Shown here: piece after piece, positions 1 through 10,275 of the stretch
Layout: each line of letters opens with the position of its first letter
Numbering within the stretch: the first letter of the stretch is position 1
From: a virus
Taxonomy: Duplodnaviria; Caudoviricetes
DNA: 64,000 bases
Direction: 5' to 3' (one strand)
IMG/VR virus record: IMGVR_UViG_3300018430_000021
Span: 32,001 to 96,000 of that record
Notes under the pieces: generated by a model
What the model was told of the DNA's origin: nothing
The model's database searches: none
Seen by the model: the letters and a program-made list of their open reading frames with translations, nothing else
Position numbers and translations under genes: made by a program

Positions 1-82
1 TTATTTGTTTACACTTTGGCTCCAATTTCCTATATTATAAATGTTGATAGTTCAATCAACGATTTCACAAGAGGTAATAATT

Positions 83-1417
83 ATGGCAAATACGTACGGT
101 TTAACCTGCGAAGAGAAGTTTGAACGCATGCAGCAAACCCTGTATGTGATTTATCCGAGCATCGCGAGCTTCTATGCGATGTGCAACAAGCGTGTACTTC
201 CGAAGGAATCCGGTGTGACGCTCCGCATGAACACTAAGGAAGGTTCGACGCCGTTCATCGAGTATACTGAAAGCTTCCTCAAGACTCTCAGTATCGAAAG
301 TTTCACGGTTCTTACGAGCATCGAACTCTTCCGCTTGCTTCTGCACCACATCACTACACGTCTTCAGCCGAATCCGGGGTTGACTGTGCAGGCTTCGAAC
401 TTCATCTGTTGCGACTCGAAAATCCGCAACTGTCTGTTGCCCAAGGACTTGAAAGAGGTCTTCCCGGATGTCTCTGAACTTCTGGCGATGGAACCGAACT
501 TCAACGTTGTCGAAGACCTGTATCTTGAAAAGGTCTATGCGATTCTGGAACGTCAGAAGGGTGACGGAAAGGGACAAGGCCAAGGTGGTGGTGCTCCGCA
601 GCCTCAGAGTCAACCGGGTGGCGGTGAAGGTGAAGGCGATGGTCAACCGCAGGATGGCGACGGTGATGGCGAAGGTAAGTCCGAGAAGGAACAGGAACAG
701 GATTCTCTGAAGCGTCACTTCAGCGAACAGCAGAGCAAGAAGAACTCTGAAGGCTGGGGTGAAAACGAACTCGTTGACGCACAGGTTTCTGATGAGGTCA
801 ACAAGAGACAAATCACCAGCTGGTCTGACGTTGGTGAAGGAATGCAGAAGAGAATTCTTAAGGCTAACGAACTTCAGTTTGACCCGTGGACTGTTATTAA
901 GCGCTTCACGACTTCGGTCTTCTCCGATGCCATTGCATTCACGAGAATGCGTCCGAATCGCCGCCTTCCTGACATGACGGGTCTTCTGCCGGGTAAGCGT
1001 CACAGCATGAAGGCTAAGGTACTCTTTGCGATTGACTGCAGCGGTTCCATGGCTGAAAGCGAAATCGAACGTGGCTGTGCGGTCGTTAACTCTGCGCTCA
1101 AGCATGCTGAAGTGGATTACTGCTTCTGGGATTGCGGTTGCTCTGACTTCACGAAGAAGCGCACCAAGGCTTCGGACTTCAAGGGTCTCGGTGGTGGTGG
1201 TACGAACCCGGATTGCGTCATCAAGAAGTTGGAAAAGGAAAAGGTGAGATACGATGGTCTCGTGTTCATCACTGACTGCTACTTCGATTGGCAGCAACCC
1301 GCAGGGAAGTACAAGATTTTCATCCTGCACACCAAGGGTGCTGGTGAACCGCCGAGCTGGTGTCGCTGGCACTTGGGCATGGACGACATCGAAAAGATCC
1401 AGAAGTCCCGCTCTTAA
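83..1417 (+). CDS. vWA-domain protein with N-terminal metallopeptidase-like domain (DUF2201-like), MoxR partner
   Basis: MIDAS motif AIDCSGS, GGGGT and FITD motifs, G/E-rich linker; GAGGT RBS before ATG 83. Confidence 0.85.
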   Translation: MANTYGLTCEEKFERMQQTLYVIYPSIASFYAMCNKRVLPKESGVTLRMNTKEGSTPFIEYTESFLKTLSIESFTVLTSIELFRLLLHHITTRLQPNPGLTVQASNFICCDSKIRNCLLPKDLKEVFPDVSELLAMEPNFNVVEDLYLEKVYAILERQKGDGKGQGQGGGAPQPQSQPGGGEGEGDGQPQDGDGDGEGKSEKEQEQDSLKRHFSEQQSKKNSEGWGENELVDAQVSDEVNKRQITSWSDVGEGMQKRILKANELQFDPWTVIKRFTTSVFSDAIAFTRMRPNRRLPDMTGLLPGKRHSMKAKVLFAIDCSGSMAESEIERGCAVVNSALKHAEVDYCFWDCGCSDFTKKRTKASDFKGLGGGGTNPDCVIKKLEKEKVRYDGLVFITDCYFDWQQPAGKYKIFILHTKGAGEPPSWCRWHLGMDDIEKIQKSRS

Positions 1418-1438
1418 TCTTTGCCTCAGTGAAACCAA

Positions 1439-1468
1439 GGGGTCAGCCGAAAGGTTGACCTCTTTTTT
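1439..1468 (+). terminator. Intrinsic terminator
   Basis: ggggtcagcc-gaaa-ggttgacctc followed by T-run. Confidence 0.8.
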
Positions 1469-1554
1469 ATTGTAATATCGAAAATAAAATTTTAGATTGT
1501 TTAGTTTACAAAATTGAAATTAAATTCTATATTAAGATAAAAAGAGGTTATTGA

Positions 1555-2124
1555 ATGATAAAAAGATATAAGATAAGGACTTCTGCGACTTGGTGGGAGA
1601 AGGAAGGTGACCCGAACGTGTATGTCTACGGCAACGTCGACGCGGCCGGTGAACCTACGAATGACGGTTTCTTTAAAGACTCGACCAACAACGCGATCTT
1701 CCCTCGTGCACGCAAGAAGCTTCTCCGCACGGCCATAGTGGAGGAAACCCAGGCTTACAAGTTCTTTGAACAGTTCAACTACAGTTCCCAAAGGGATTCG
1801 GACGGTATGAGCGTCAAGCCTACAGGCGAGTTTCGCCGTTATGTCGATGTGGTTGGACGAAAGAAAACGACGGGCACGAAGTCCACGTATGTGAAGGGGG
1901 AATACAAGAGCCATACCTATAACACTACTGTGAACATCTACAAGCTGAACTGGGCTGGCCAGCAAAAGCGCGACGAACTGCGGAAGGAACAGAAACCGGA
2001 TTTGACGAGTGTCAACCAGCGTTTAGCTGAAGAGATCAAGCGTGCAGAAAAGGAATCCGCCCGGTTCTTCGGAGCCTATCACAACTGGAACGTCGAAAAC
2101 CTGCTCAGCAAGCTCGACATTTAA
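1555..2124 (+). CDS. Hypothetical protein with C-terminal tail (ENLLSKLDI)
   Basis: ORF with own promoter and RBS. Confidence 0.75.
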   Translation: MIKRYKIRTSATWWEKEGDPNVYVYGNVDAAGEPTNDGFFKDSTNNAIFPRARKKLLRTAIVEETQAYKFFEQFNYSSQRDSDGMSVKPTGEFRRYVDVVGRKKTTGTKSTYVKGEYKSHTYNTTVNIYKLNWAGQQKRDELRKEQKPDLTSVNQRLAEEIKRAEKESARFFGAYHNWNVENLLSKLDI

Positions 2125-2354
2125 TTTGATAAAAAATAAGTTTAACCCTTAACCCAAAATTACTATCTTATAAAGCATGTTGAATATCGAATGTTTAATG
2201 ATTGAAATTCCTGCGGGTTTTACGAAGCTCGCTGGAACAACGAAAGAAAAAATCTTAAATCTTTTCGTTTACAACTCAATCTTAAAATTCTATATTTAAC
2301 ACGTAAGCAATAACGCTTACAACGTTCAACAAATCAACAAAAGGAAATCTGAAT

Positions 2355-3509
2355 ATGAATATTGCTCAGCTCACCAAAGCCATCAAGTATCTGCCCACCC
2401 GTAAGTCCATTCTTCTCAAGGGTACCCACGGTATCGGCAAGACTGAATGGGTCTCTCACATGGCCGATGTCCTCGGTCTCAAGCTGGTCATCTGGCATGC
2501 AAGCCATGCTGCAGATGCTGGCGACATCACTGGTCTTCCTTTCCGCATCACTGAAACGGATGCTGAAACTGGCAAGAGCTACGAAGTGACTCGCTTTGCT
2601 AAGCCGCAGTGGATGATCCAGAACAAGCCGGTGCTTCTGTTGCTCGACGAAATCAACCGTGGCCTCAGCATCGCTTTGAATGCTATCATGCAGCTCACGA
2701 ACAACGGCACTTACGATGACATCAGCCTCCCTGAAGGTTCTCGCATCTTCGCATGTATCAACCCTGAAGAAGACGGTAAGTACGATGTGGGTACTATGGA
2801 CGCAGCTCAGCTTGACCGCTTTGCTATCTACGAATTCAAGCCGACTGTGGAAGAATGGCTTGAATGGGCTGTCAAGAAGGGTTTGGACTACCGTGTGACC
2901 GGGTACATCCAGAGCCATCCGACGAACCTCGACCCGTATACGAACCAGGAACTTGTCAAGTCTGTCCAGGGTCACGACTGTGCAGTTCTTCCTTCTCGTC
3001 GTTGCTGGGAACAGGTCAGCGACACCATCAAGAATGGTGAAGCTGATAAGGCTTGGGAAGGCGGTGAAGGTCACAAGCTTCTCACTGAAATTGTTGCTGG
3101 TCTCGTGGGCAGCGGAGCTGCTCTTGACTTCATCAGCTACTTCAAGGCTCAGGATAATGCACTCTCGCCGAAGATGTTGATGGAAGCTGAAAAGATTGAT
3201 GCTTCCCTGAAGCAGAAGATTGAAAAGCTCTGCAAGACCGACTTCCCGAACGCAGTCAAGCTCGTCGGTGGTTGCACGCTCTGGATGAAGGAACACGAAA
3301 AGGAAATCCCGGGCGAAGTCGGAGCTCGTATGGCTCACAACTTCTACGACGTCCTTGAAGCTCTCAACAAGGACACTCGAATCGCTGCGGTCAAGGACTG
3401 TGTGATTGAAGCTGTGAAGAAGCAGGAAGCTTGGGCCATCGGCATCAGCAAGCACGAATCTCGACTCAAGGCACTCTACAAGAATGCTATGATTAGCCGA
3501 GACCTGTAA
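2355..3509 (+). CDS. MoxR/dynein-related AAA+ ATPase
   Basis: Walker A GTHGIGKT, Walker B LLLLDEINR, sensor ACINP, LDRF arginine finger, PSRRCW. Confidence 0.9.
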   Translation: MNIAQLTKAIKYLPTRKSILLKGTHGIGKTEWVSHMADVLGLKLVIWHASHAADAGDITGLPFRITETDAETGKSYEVTRFAKPQWMIQNKPVLLLLDEINRGLSIALNAIMQLTNNGTYDDISLPEGSRIFACINPEEDGKYDVGTMDAAQLDRFAIYEFKPTVEEWLEWAVKKGLDYRVTGYIQSHPTNLDPYTNQELVKSVQGHDCAVLPSRRCWEQVSDTIKNGEADKAWEGGEGHKLLTEIVAGLVGSGAALDFISYFKAQDNALSPKMLMEAEKIDASLKQKIEKLCKTDFPNAVKLVGGCTLWMKEHEKEIPGEVGARMAHNFYDVLEALNKDTRIAAVKDCVIEAVKKQEAWAIGISKHESRLKALYKNAMISRDL

Positions 3510-3541
3510 GACTTGTGAGCCTTCGGGCTCTTTGTTGAACG

Positions 3542-3578
3542 AAAGGTGGTAGTCTGAAATATGACTACCACTTTTTTG
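3542..3578 (+). terminator. Intrinsic terminator
   Basis: ggtggtagtc-tgaaatat-gactaccact followed by T-run. Confidence 0.8.
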
Positions 3579-3831
3579 TACTCTTGAAAGAGTTATGCGA
3601 TCCCGGTCTAAACTCAATTTAAAGACTTGTTTATTTGACCAATATATTTTATTGTCTTTTTTAAAATAGGTCTTTAAAATGCGTTTATGGCTTAAATTTT
3701 TATATTATAAAAATATATCCACATAATATAAAAGACTTTCCCATTGCGATTCCGTAATAAAAAATCTTTGACTTTTTCATTTACGATTATTCCAAACTTT
3801 TCTATATTATAGACAAACAGTAGAGGTAATT

Positions 3832-4533
3832 ATGAGTACAAGTATTGTTTCAGGCTTTAACGAAGTTGTTCTCAAGGACAACTCGCAGTTCGCGGAAGGT
3901 CGCAAAGACTACTTCAAGTACATTATGGGAAAGCTTGAAGAAGTCGATAACGAACCTGAACGTTTTGGCTTTGCTGGGGCTGCGTTCATTCTCGGGCGTA
4001 AGCTCGAAAACATAGGCGGTTATTTCACGGGTCGTGACAGTATCGCTCGAATCGTCCTTCCCGAGGATTCCGCAACTTACGATGAAACCACGAAGGAACT
4101 GGAATTCAAGGATGACCGTGAGTTTGCCATCTTCGTCCACGAATCGTCCCACTTCATTCATCTTGTCTGTGACAAGGGGGAATTCATGAGTCCAGAATTC
4201 GAGAAGCTCAAACCTATGAGCAGAGCAGCCGAATATGGCCAGGTGAAGACGAACACGAAGTATATCGAATACGAAGCGGGCTGGAGAAGCCTGTACAGTA
4301 ACCGTTGCTTTGAAATGTTCCCGGACGATTCGCTCATCTTTGAAATGAATCTCCAGAACATGCTGCACTACATGGAGTTCGACGCTTCCGATGCCTTCAA
4401 GAAAGACTTGAAGGAAGCCAAGACACCTGAAGACCTCAAGAAGGCCTGTGACGCACACAAGGACGAATATGACAATGCTGTCAAGGACATCAAGAAGTGG
4501 TCGCAGATTTCCTCGTTCGTAGTCAAGGGCTAG
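3832..4533 (+). CDS. Putative zinc metallopeptidase (HExxH)
   Basis: FVHESSHFIH and downstream EYEA third-ligand motif. Confidence 0.6.
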   Translation: MSTSIVSGFNEVVLKDNSQFAEGRKDYFKYIMGKLEEVDNEPERFGFAGAAFILGRKLENIGGYFTGRDSIARIVLPEDSATYDETTKELEFKDDREFAIFVHESSHFIHLVCDKGEFMSPEFEKLKPMSRAAEYGQVKTNTKYIEYEAGWRSLYSNRCFEMFPDDSLIFEMNLQNMLHYMEFDASDAFKKDLKEAKTPEDLKKACDAHKDEYDNAVKDIKKWSQISSFVVKG

Positions 4534-4613
4534 TTCGAAAGAAAAATATATTAAAATCTGGATTACAAAAACTCCAGATTTTTCTATATTAAAGATATAA
4601 ACGAGAGGTTATT

Positions 4614-5285
4614 ATGGCAACGTTTTATGTCGGTAAAGATAAGGTAAGCTGGAATGCAGTTATGCTTCGCATCGGTTCATATTTTCCGTATGTAAATGGA
4701 ACTGGTGTTCGTGGCATTCCTGGTGATCCGAAACACTTTGTGCATTACCATTCTGGCGATGACGAATATAAAATAAATGAGAAACCAGATTCGGCTTACA
4801 ATTATTTCGGTGAAACCCAAATTAACCTCAAGTATGTCCCGAAGAAGCTCAAGAACGCCGAATACAATAGTTTCGTTGACTGGTTCAAGGCTGTCTATAG
4901 TTTCATCCGCGAATCCAAAGACACTGCGTCAATGAAGTCTAAGATGAAGACTCAGCAGAACCGTACAAGTAACCAACTCGAATTCTTCGGAGTCGACTCT
5001 CAACTTCAGGATGTCATGAACAAGACAGGATTCGTTCCTGCACCGTTGGACTACTGGATGAGAAAGAGCGAGACTGCGAAGAAAAACGATTGGACTACAA
5101 TGAACGAAGTCAATCGGCATTATAAGAAACTCCGTGTCCAGTATGAAAAACAATTCGACAAAGACCGTAAGATTGAACTGCAGGCAGAAGTTCAGCGTAA
5201 GCAGACGGTCAAGCTGACAGTACAGGGCTTGGACGCTACTAAGATGCAGGAACTGATTTCGTTGGTCATGGAACAGTTGAAGTAA
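4614..5285 (+). CDS. Hypothetical protein
   Basis: Own promoter and RBS. Confidence 0.75.
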   Translation: MATFYVGKDKVSWNAVMLRIGSYFPYVNGTGVRGIPGDPKHFVHYHSGDDEYKINEKPDSAYNYFGETQINLKYVPKKLKNAEYNSFVDWFKAVYSFIRESKDTASMKSKMKTQQNRTSNQLEFFGVDSQLQDVMNKTGFVPAPLDYWMRKSETAKKNDWTTMNEVNRHYKKLRVQYEKQFDKDRKIELQAEVQRKQTVKLTVQGLDATKMQELISLVMEQLK

Positions 5286-5358
5286 AAATAATCTTCTTTT
5301 TTCCTTTACAACTAAGTCTAAAATTCCTATATTATAGGTATAACAAAGAGGTAATTAA

Positions 5359-5718
5359 ATGAAAGACTCCGATTACAAGATTGCCAATGAAATGACTGAT
5401 GAAAATTTGATTCAGCACATCCGCGATGCAGTTCCTGACTCTAAGGACAACATGCGAGCCAGTGACATCCTGAAAAAGGAACCGTACAACGGATCTCAGC
5501 GAACCATGCTGGCCAACAAGCAGCTTCGTGCGATTACTGACACGTCGAAGTTCTATCGTCGAGCCAAGGCTTTCCTGATGAAGGAAATCAACATCAGCTT
5601 CAGCGGTACCATCTTCAGTCACTGTAACACCATCGAAGCACAGAACTTCATCAAGTACACTCGGGAAATCGTGAAACGAAACCGTGAAACAATGGAGGCT
5701 CTTGACAGGCTGGATTAA
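5359..5718 (+). CDS. Hypothetical protein with C-terminal tail (ETMEALDRLD)
   Basis: Own promoter and RBS. Confidence 0.75.
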   Translation: MKDSDYKIANEMTDENLIQHIRDAVPDSKDNMRASDILKKEPYNGSQRTMLANKQLRAITDTSKFYRRAKAFLMKEINISFSGTIFSHCNTIEAQNFIKYTREIVKRNRETMEALDRLD

Positions 5719-5751
5719 GTTTCGGCTAGTCCATAGCCCTCATGAGGTTAA

Positions 5752-6171
5752 ATGCGGGAGATCACTATGGATTACAAGAAATTAAAACGAGACGTAACGA
5801 AAGGCCTCACCAGGATGTTCGACCATCTTGGTGATACCTACACGCTCGCTGAATTCCAACAGGAAGTCTTCAGACGGACTGGATTCGTAGTGAAACCGGA
5901 TTCGGACGAAACACAGTTGACTTTCCATAACGGGATAAGCGTGCATTCAAAGAACTATACGCATGAACCCACTGGTCTCACGTTCGGGGTCAGCGGTGTG
6001 TGGGGCAAGAGGATCCGTAGTACCGTAGAATTTGACGGGCATTACACTGAACGCCTCATGCAGCAGTGCGTGAACACAGGAAACCAAATCAAAAGGACTT
6101 TATTTTATGGGAAACAAGGAAAAACAAGTTACAATGGCGATGCTTCAAAAGGTACAGGAACGAATCCGTAA
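5752..6171 (+). CDS. Hypothetical protein
   Basis: GAGGTT RBS. Confidence 0.7.
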   Translation: MREITMDYKKLKRDVTKGLTRMFDHLGDTYTLAEFQQEVFRRTGFVVKPDSDETQLTFHNGISVHSKNYTHEPTGLTFGVSGVWGKRIRSTVEFDGHYTERLMQQCVNTGNQIKRTLFYGKQGKTSYNGDASKGTGTNP

Positions 6172-6268
6172 CGGAACGCCCAGGTTCGGCGATCACGGTC
6201 TCGTGAAGATGTATCAGGCCAAGCTGGGAATCACAAAGGCAACACCGCAGAAAATTAAAATTATTTAA
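6107..6268 (+). CDS. Small hypothetical protein (53 aa, MGNKEKQ..)
   Basis: AAGGA RBS; fills the gap before the next promoter; not in the ORF track. Confidence 0.5.
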   Translation: MGNKEKQVTMAMLQKVQERIRNGTPRFGDHGLVKMYQAKLGITKATPQKIKII

Positions 6269-6340
6269 TTACTTACAACAAAGACGGAATTTTCTATATT
6301 AAGAATATCAAGCAACAAACATCAACAAAGAGGTAAGAAT

Positions 6341-6535
6341 ATGAAAGTTGCAGTTCTGAGTCGCACTGAATCCTGTGGTCGTCGCATTCTCGAAGGATGC
6401 TTCGTGGACGATCCGGTCACCGGCGAAACCGCTATGGACAAGGCCAAGAAGGCCAAGTCCAGTCTCCTGAAACGTTATTGTGCACCGAGCCGCCTCTGTG
6501 CCGATACCGAAATCGACATGATGGAGGCCCAGTAA
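6341..6535 (+). CDS. Hypothetical protein
   Basis: Own promoter and RBS. Confidence 0.7.
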   Translation: MKVAVLSRTESCGRRILEGCFVDDPVTGETAMDKAKKAKSSLLKRYCAPSRLCADTEIDMMEAQ

Positions 6536-6855
6536 TGGGTAAGCGGAAGAAAGAGAGAATTCCGTCGAAAAAGATGGTTATCTCTGTCGCTATCGCCGAA
6601 TATGACGAATGCGGCAGCGATGGCCTCTGCATCGACAACGTTGTAAGGTTTAAGAAGTCTTTGACCGCGGCAAAGTTTATCGCGGCGGATCTCAACAAGA
6701 CCGTCGGAGACATGGCTGAGTATCTGGGCTTCGAACGTGTGAACTTCCGTGACGTTAACCGTAGCATCATGAGCCTCGACCGCGGGGAGAACAAGGAATG
6801 GCAGACTCCTGAAGGTACTCCGACATGGTTGAAGTGGAAGGTATTCCGTCACTAA
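6535..6855 (+). CDS. Hypothetical protein (start MGKRKK)
   Basis: TAATG coupling, GGAGG RBS. Confidence 0.7.
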   Translation: MGKRKKERIPSKKMVISVAIAEYDECGSDGLCIDNVVRFKKSLTAAKFIAADLNKTVGDMAEYLGFERVNFRDVNRSIMSLDRGENKEWQTPEGTPTWLKWKVFRH

Positions 6856-6945
6856 AATTTCACACAAAGAACGTTTACGGAATTAGAATATTTTATTATA
6901 TTTTAATTCCGAACAAACATTAACAATCAAACCAAAGGAAAAAAT

Positions 6946-7233
6946 ATGAAGAGCAATTTTGTTGAATCCGAAGCCAAGTCTGAATCCAAGCGTGGTCGTC
7001 TGAAGAAGGACTCGCTCGAATTCGTCCTCAAGCACGCAGTCCAGCCGGGTCGCGGACGTAAGCTTCTCAAGGCGAACTGTGCCGAACTTGCAATCCAGGC
7101 CGGTCACGGTGTCGCTGGCTATCATGCAATCTGGTATCGCGAAGGCGACGGCGTGAAGTTCGGCTGTAAGTCTGATCTGTATTTCCATCAGACCTGTCAG
7201 AAGCTCGGCTACACCGTCATCAAGGTTAAGTAG
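6946..7233 (+). CDS. Hypothetical protein
   Basis: Own promoter and AAGGA RBS. Confidence 0.75.
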   Translation: MKSNFVESEAKSESKRGRLKKDSLEFVLKHAVQPGRGRKLLKANCAELAIQAGHGVAGYHAIWYREGDGVKFGCKSDLYFHQTCQKLGYTVIKVK

Positions 7234-7318
7234 CAAGCCCGCGAAAAAATATTCTAAAGTCCAGACTTACAAAAGTCTGGATTTTTTCTATATTATAAAC
7301 ATAACGACGAGGTAATAA

Positions 7319-7606
7319 ATGATTATTGAATACGCTTGGAAACCGGAGTATGACGGAGGCTGGCTTGATACCAACGAACTCCAGCAATGTGTACCCATAA
7401 AAGATGACGAATTGCACATGCATTTCAAAGGTGGCGACGATACCTATATCAGGGCCGGCGGATATATTATTGTCAACGGTGTAAGAATTAGCGGGAATAA
7501 GGCAATTTCACGTAAGCTCCATGAAATCGTGTCAATCGAACGTCTTGGTGAATCAAACGCGGCCATTGTACTCTCGAATAAAAAATCCACCAAGAAAAAA
7601 GTTTAA
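7319..7606 (+). CDS. Hypothetical protein
   Basis: Own promoter and RBS. Confidence 0.7.
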   Translation: MIIEYAWKPEYDGGWLDTNELQQCVPIKDDELHMHFKGGDDTYIRAGGYIIVNGVRISGNKAISRKLHEIVSIERLGESNAAIVLSNKKSTKKKV

Positions 7607-7654
7607 AACCTATCCAGATTTTTCTATATTATGAATATCAACGAGAGGTAACGA

Positions 7655-8236
7655 ATGCTTATTTTAAATAATCCTAATCTGGTAAGGATGAGCCGACAAC
7701 ATGGATTCTGGTATGGCAAGATTCATATCAAGGTACAACGTTTTGACGTCTATGCCATCTTGACTACCAAAGAACATGGAAGCTGGAAAACTCCGCTTAC
7801 ACAGCCTGTGTTCGTTGAATACCGCAGACAGTTGAAAATCTGGTTACAAGAAGAACGTGTCAAAGCCGATGCGAGAAGCGAAGCACGAAAGAAGACACTT
7901 GCGGCGAACAAGGCTAACAGTCCTTGGACCGCATTCGAATGGCGTAAGAAGTTCCTGTTGGAAATGGGCTGGTATACGGATCGTGTCCGCGGTGGAAGTG
8001 CGTTCCAGTTCCATGAAGTCTTGCGACTTGCACCTGATGCTATCGACGAAAAGGCCAAGTGTTTCTACACCGGTTGTATTGACTTCGTGAGGAAACCTCT
8101 TGGAAGGTATGAAGCGAAGAGAATCTACTCGCCTGAATCGTATGCGGCGGCAATAGCCAAGGTAAAGGAAGACATGCTCGCAGAAAGCAAAATAGAATAT
8201 AACAAGACAATGAAGGCTATCGAGGCACTTGCGTAA
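7655..8236 (+). CDS. Hypothetical protein with C-terminal tail (KTMKAIEALA)
   Basis: Own promoter and RBS. Confidence 0.75.
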   Translation: MLILNNPNLVRMSRQHGFWYGKIHIKVQRFDVYAILTTKEHGSWKTPLTQPVFVEYRRQLKIWLQEERVKADARSEARKKTLAANKANSPWTAFEWRKKFLLEMGWYTDRVRGGSAFQFHEVLRLAPDAIDEKAKCFYTGCIDFVRKPLGRYEAKRIYSPESYAAAIAKVKEDMLAESKIEYNKTMKAIEALA

Positions 8237-8309
8237 ATAATAATCTTTAATCTCTTGTTTACGACTTCTGAATATTTAACTATATTATAGACATAAACAA
8301 GAGGTTATT

Positions 8310-8786
8310 ATGATTGAAATTGAAGAAAAGTTTTTGAAGCCCGCGATTGAAATTGCACAGGAAATCATTGGTGATGCCGGTAAAATTTTCAAGGTGAAAG
8401 ATGGTGACCTCAAGGATCTTGAATTCTGTCTGGCCATGATGACCGATAATGACAAGCATGCCTGGCAAGTAAGAATGGCGACGATTAACCTGGAAGTTGC
8501 ACGAAAGGAACGTGAAGTTGAAGACGCAATGAACTGGGACCGTGTAGAAAAAGCTCGTCTTGCTGCCGAAACGCCGTATATCTATGGTGACGAACATCGT
8601 TGGTGGTGCTTGGTCACTGACCTCGTGGCATGTTTCTTTGATGGACGTTTTGCAAAACATAACGACGAAGAAGTGGACTTCTATTGCGATATGATTCCGT
8701 TATTGCGTGAAGACTGTACAACTGAACAAACAGCAATGGCAGGTCGGGTTGCTAAGATACGAGTATGCAGAAATAGCGGACTTTAA
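8310..8786 (+). CDS. Hypothetical protein
   Basis: Own promoter and RBS. Confidence 0.75.
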   Translation: MIEIEEKFLKPAIEIAQEIIGDAGKIFKVKDGDLKDLEFCLAMMTDNDKHAWQVRMATINLEVARKEREVEDAMNWDRVEKARLAAETPYIYGDEHRWWCLVTDLVACFFDGRFAKHNDEEVDFYCDMIPLLREDCTTEQTAMAGRVAKIRVCRNSGL

Positions 8787-8834
8787 TAAAAAGTGGTTTA
8801 CAATGAAGAAGTAAATAACTATATTTGAACAGCT

Positions 8835-8918
8835 GGCCTTGTGGTGAAATTGGTATACACATTTGACTTAAGATCAAACGCCGGTAACGGCATGAGAGTT
8901 CGAGTCTCTCCGGGGCTA
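8835..8918 (+). tRNA. tRNA-Leu (anticodon TAA)
   Basis: Cloverleaf with anticodon arm tttga-ctTAAga-tcaaa, long variable arm, T arm gagag-ttcgagt-ctctc; no encoded CCA; promoter 8797/8820. Confidence 0.92.
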
Positions 8919-8954
8919 TTCTGGTAAACATTGCGGATTTGGTAAACATTCCTT

Positions 8955-8962
8955 TATAAATA
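8955..8962 (+). promoter_or_regulatory. T4-type late promoter TATAAATA
   Basis: Exact consensus just upstream of the HNH gene. Confidence 0.6.
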
Positions 8963-8966
8963 AAAT

Positions 8967-9449
8967 ATGAAGGAAAATGATTTATCAGATCAAGAGTTTA
9001 TCGAAATTGTTAAACAAACCAAATCTATGTTGTATGCGTCTAAACTTTGTGGCATGGCATATACTACATTTATTAGGCGGGCTAAAAAACTAGGCGTTTA
9101 TGAACCAAATCAAAGCGGAAAAGGTTTACCTAAAAAACAACCGTTAACACCGTTAAATGAAATTTTTAATGGAATGCATCCAGAATATCAGACCTATAAA
9201 TTAAAAATAAGGTTGATACGAGAAGGATATATAGAAGACAAATGCTCTATATGCGGATGGGATAAAAAGCCTGCGGGAAGAGAATTTACACCATGCGAGC
9301 TTGACCATATAAATGGAAATCCAACCGACCATAGATTAGAAAATTTGCGTTTAATATGCCCGAATTGCCATAGTTTAACACAAACATATAGATTTAGGCG
9401 CGGTAAAACTAATAATAAGAATGGAAAAGAATTTTTAGAAAACAGTTAG
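8967..9449 (+). CDS. HNH endonuclease (free-standing, homing-type)
   Basis: CSICG, ELDHINGNPTDHRLENLRLICPNCH; AT-rich. Confidence 0.9.
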   Translation: MKENDLSDQEFIEIVKQTKSMLYASKLCGMAYTTFIRRAKKLGVYEPNQSGKGLPKKQPLTPLNEIFNGMHPEYQTYKLKIRLIREGYIEDKCSICGWDKKPAGREFTPCELDHINGNPTDHRLENLRLICPNCHSLTQTYRFRRGKTNNKNGKEFLENS

Positions 9450-9470
9450 CCTCCTTCTTTGGGTTGAAGG

Positions 9471-9506
9471 GAACCGGTAGATCTGTAAGGGTCTGCCGGT
9501 TTTTTA
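9471..9506 (+). terminator. Intrinsic terminator
   Basis: aaccggtagatct-gta-agggtctgccggtt followed by T-run. Confidence 0.8.
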
Positions 9507-9557
9507 TTTCTAATTATTTCTATTTACAAGATATTCAGAATTTACTATATTATAGTC

Positions 9558-9845
9558 ATGGAAATCAATAAGACTATTAAAATTAAACACGGCCGCGGCC
9601 AATCGATGCTAGAGTTAAAAATCCGCAACATTCTGGATGTCGTAAAATCGACGGGATATATCGAGCTTAGATTCTGGAGTCCGGAAGATAGCCATAAAAA
9701 GTTTTTATACATTTTCGACGACGAACCGATTACGTGGTACGACAAGGACGGTAACGAATCCACTGACTACGAGAAGTTGGTAGATACGTTGTCGGTTTAC
9801 GCCGAACAGACGAAACTAAAAGATGCCCTGGCAAGTCTGAATTAA
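9558..9845 (+). CDS. Hypothetical protein, leaderless, C-terminal tail (KDALASLN)
   Basis: ATG 6 nt after TATATT. Confidence 0.75.
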   Translation: MEINKTIKIKHGRGQSMLELKIRNILDVVKSTGYIELRFWSPEDSHKKFLYIFDDEPITWYDKDGNESTDYEKLVDTLSVYAEQTKLKDALASLN

Positions 9846-9915
9846 AACTCAATTAGATTTTGATTTACAAGACTTTTAGAATTTTCTATATTATAGTCAT
9901 GCAAGAGAGGTTAAA

Positions 9916-10221
9916 ATGGTAATTCACGGTACTAATAGTGATGACATGCCGATACTGTTTGATACGACGAAGATCGATGCAACATACTGTTGCCAGAATG
10001 ATCACGGTTTATGGAAAGTTGTATTGACCCTTAGTAACGGCCTGGAATTCTGGTTGCCGCGATATAACACTATCAAAATCAACGGCGTCAACATTATGCA
10101 TGAGGGCGATATGGCTAAGTATAAGAAGATGGCCGAGGTCATCAATACAATCATTGATCTCGAACGTCAGGACCCTCCGATAGACATGGAAAAGTACGCT
10201 GAGATTGGCAAGTCGAAGTAA
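9916..10221 (+). CDS. Hypothetical protein, paralog of 10748
   Basis: Shared INGV and DPPxDxxK motifs. Confidence 0.75.
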   Translation: MVIHGTNSDDMPILFDTTKIDATYCCQNDHGLWKVVLTLSNGLEFWLPRYNTIKINGVNIMHEGDMAKYKKMAEVINTIIDLERQDPPIDMEKYAEIGKSK

Positions 10222-10275
10222 AGAAAAACTAAATAAGTCGTTTCCAAACTTCTAATAATTTCCTATATTATAGTC

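Noticed and set aside
2141-2299. Weak promoter with a possible 40-aa leaderless ORF at 2177
   Set aside because: Both boxes are non-consensus and the ORF runs through the next promoter, so it cannot be supported.
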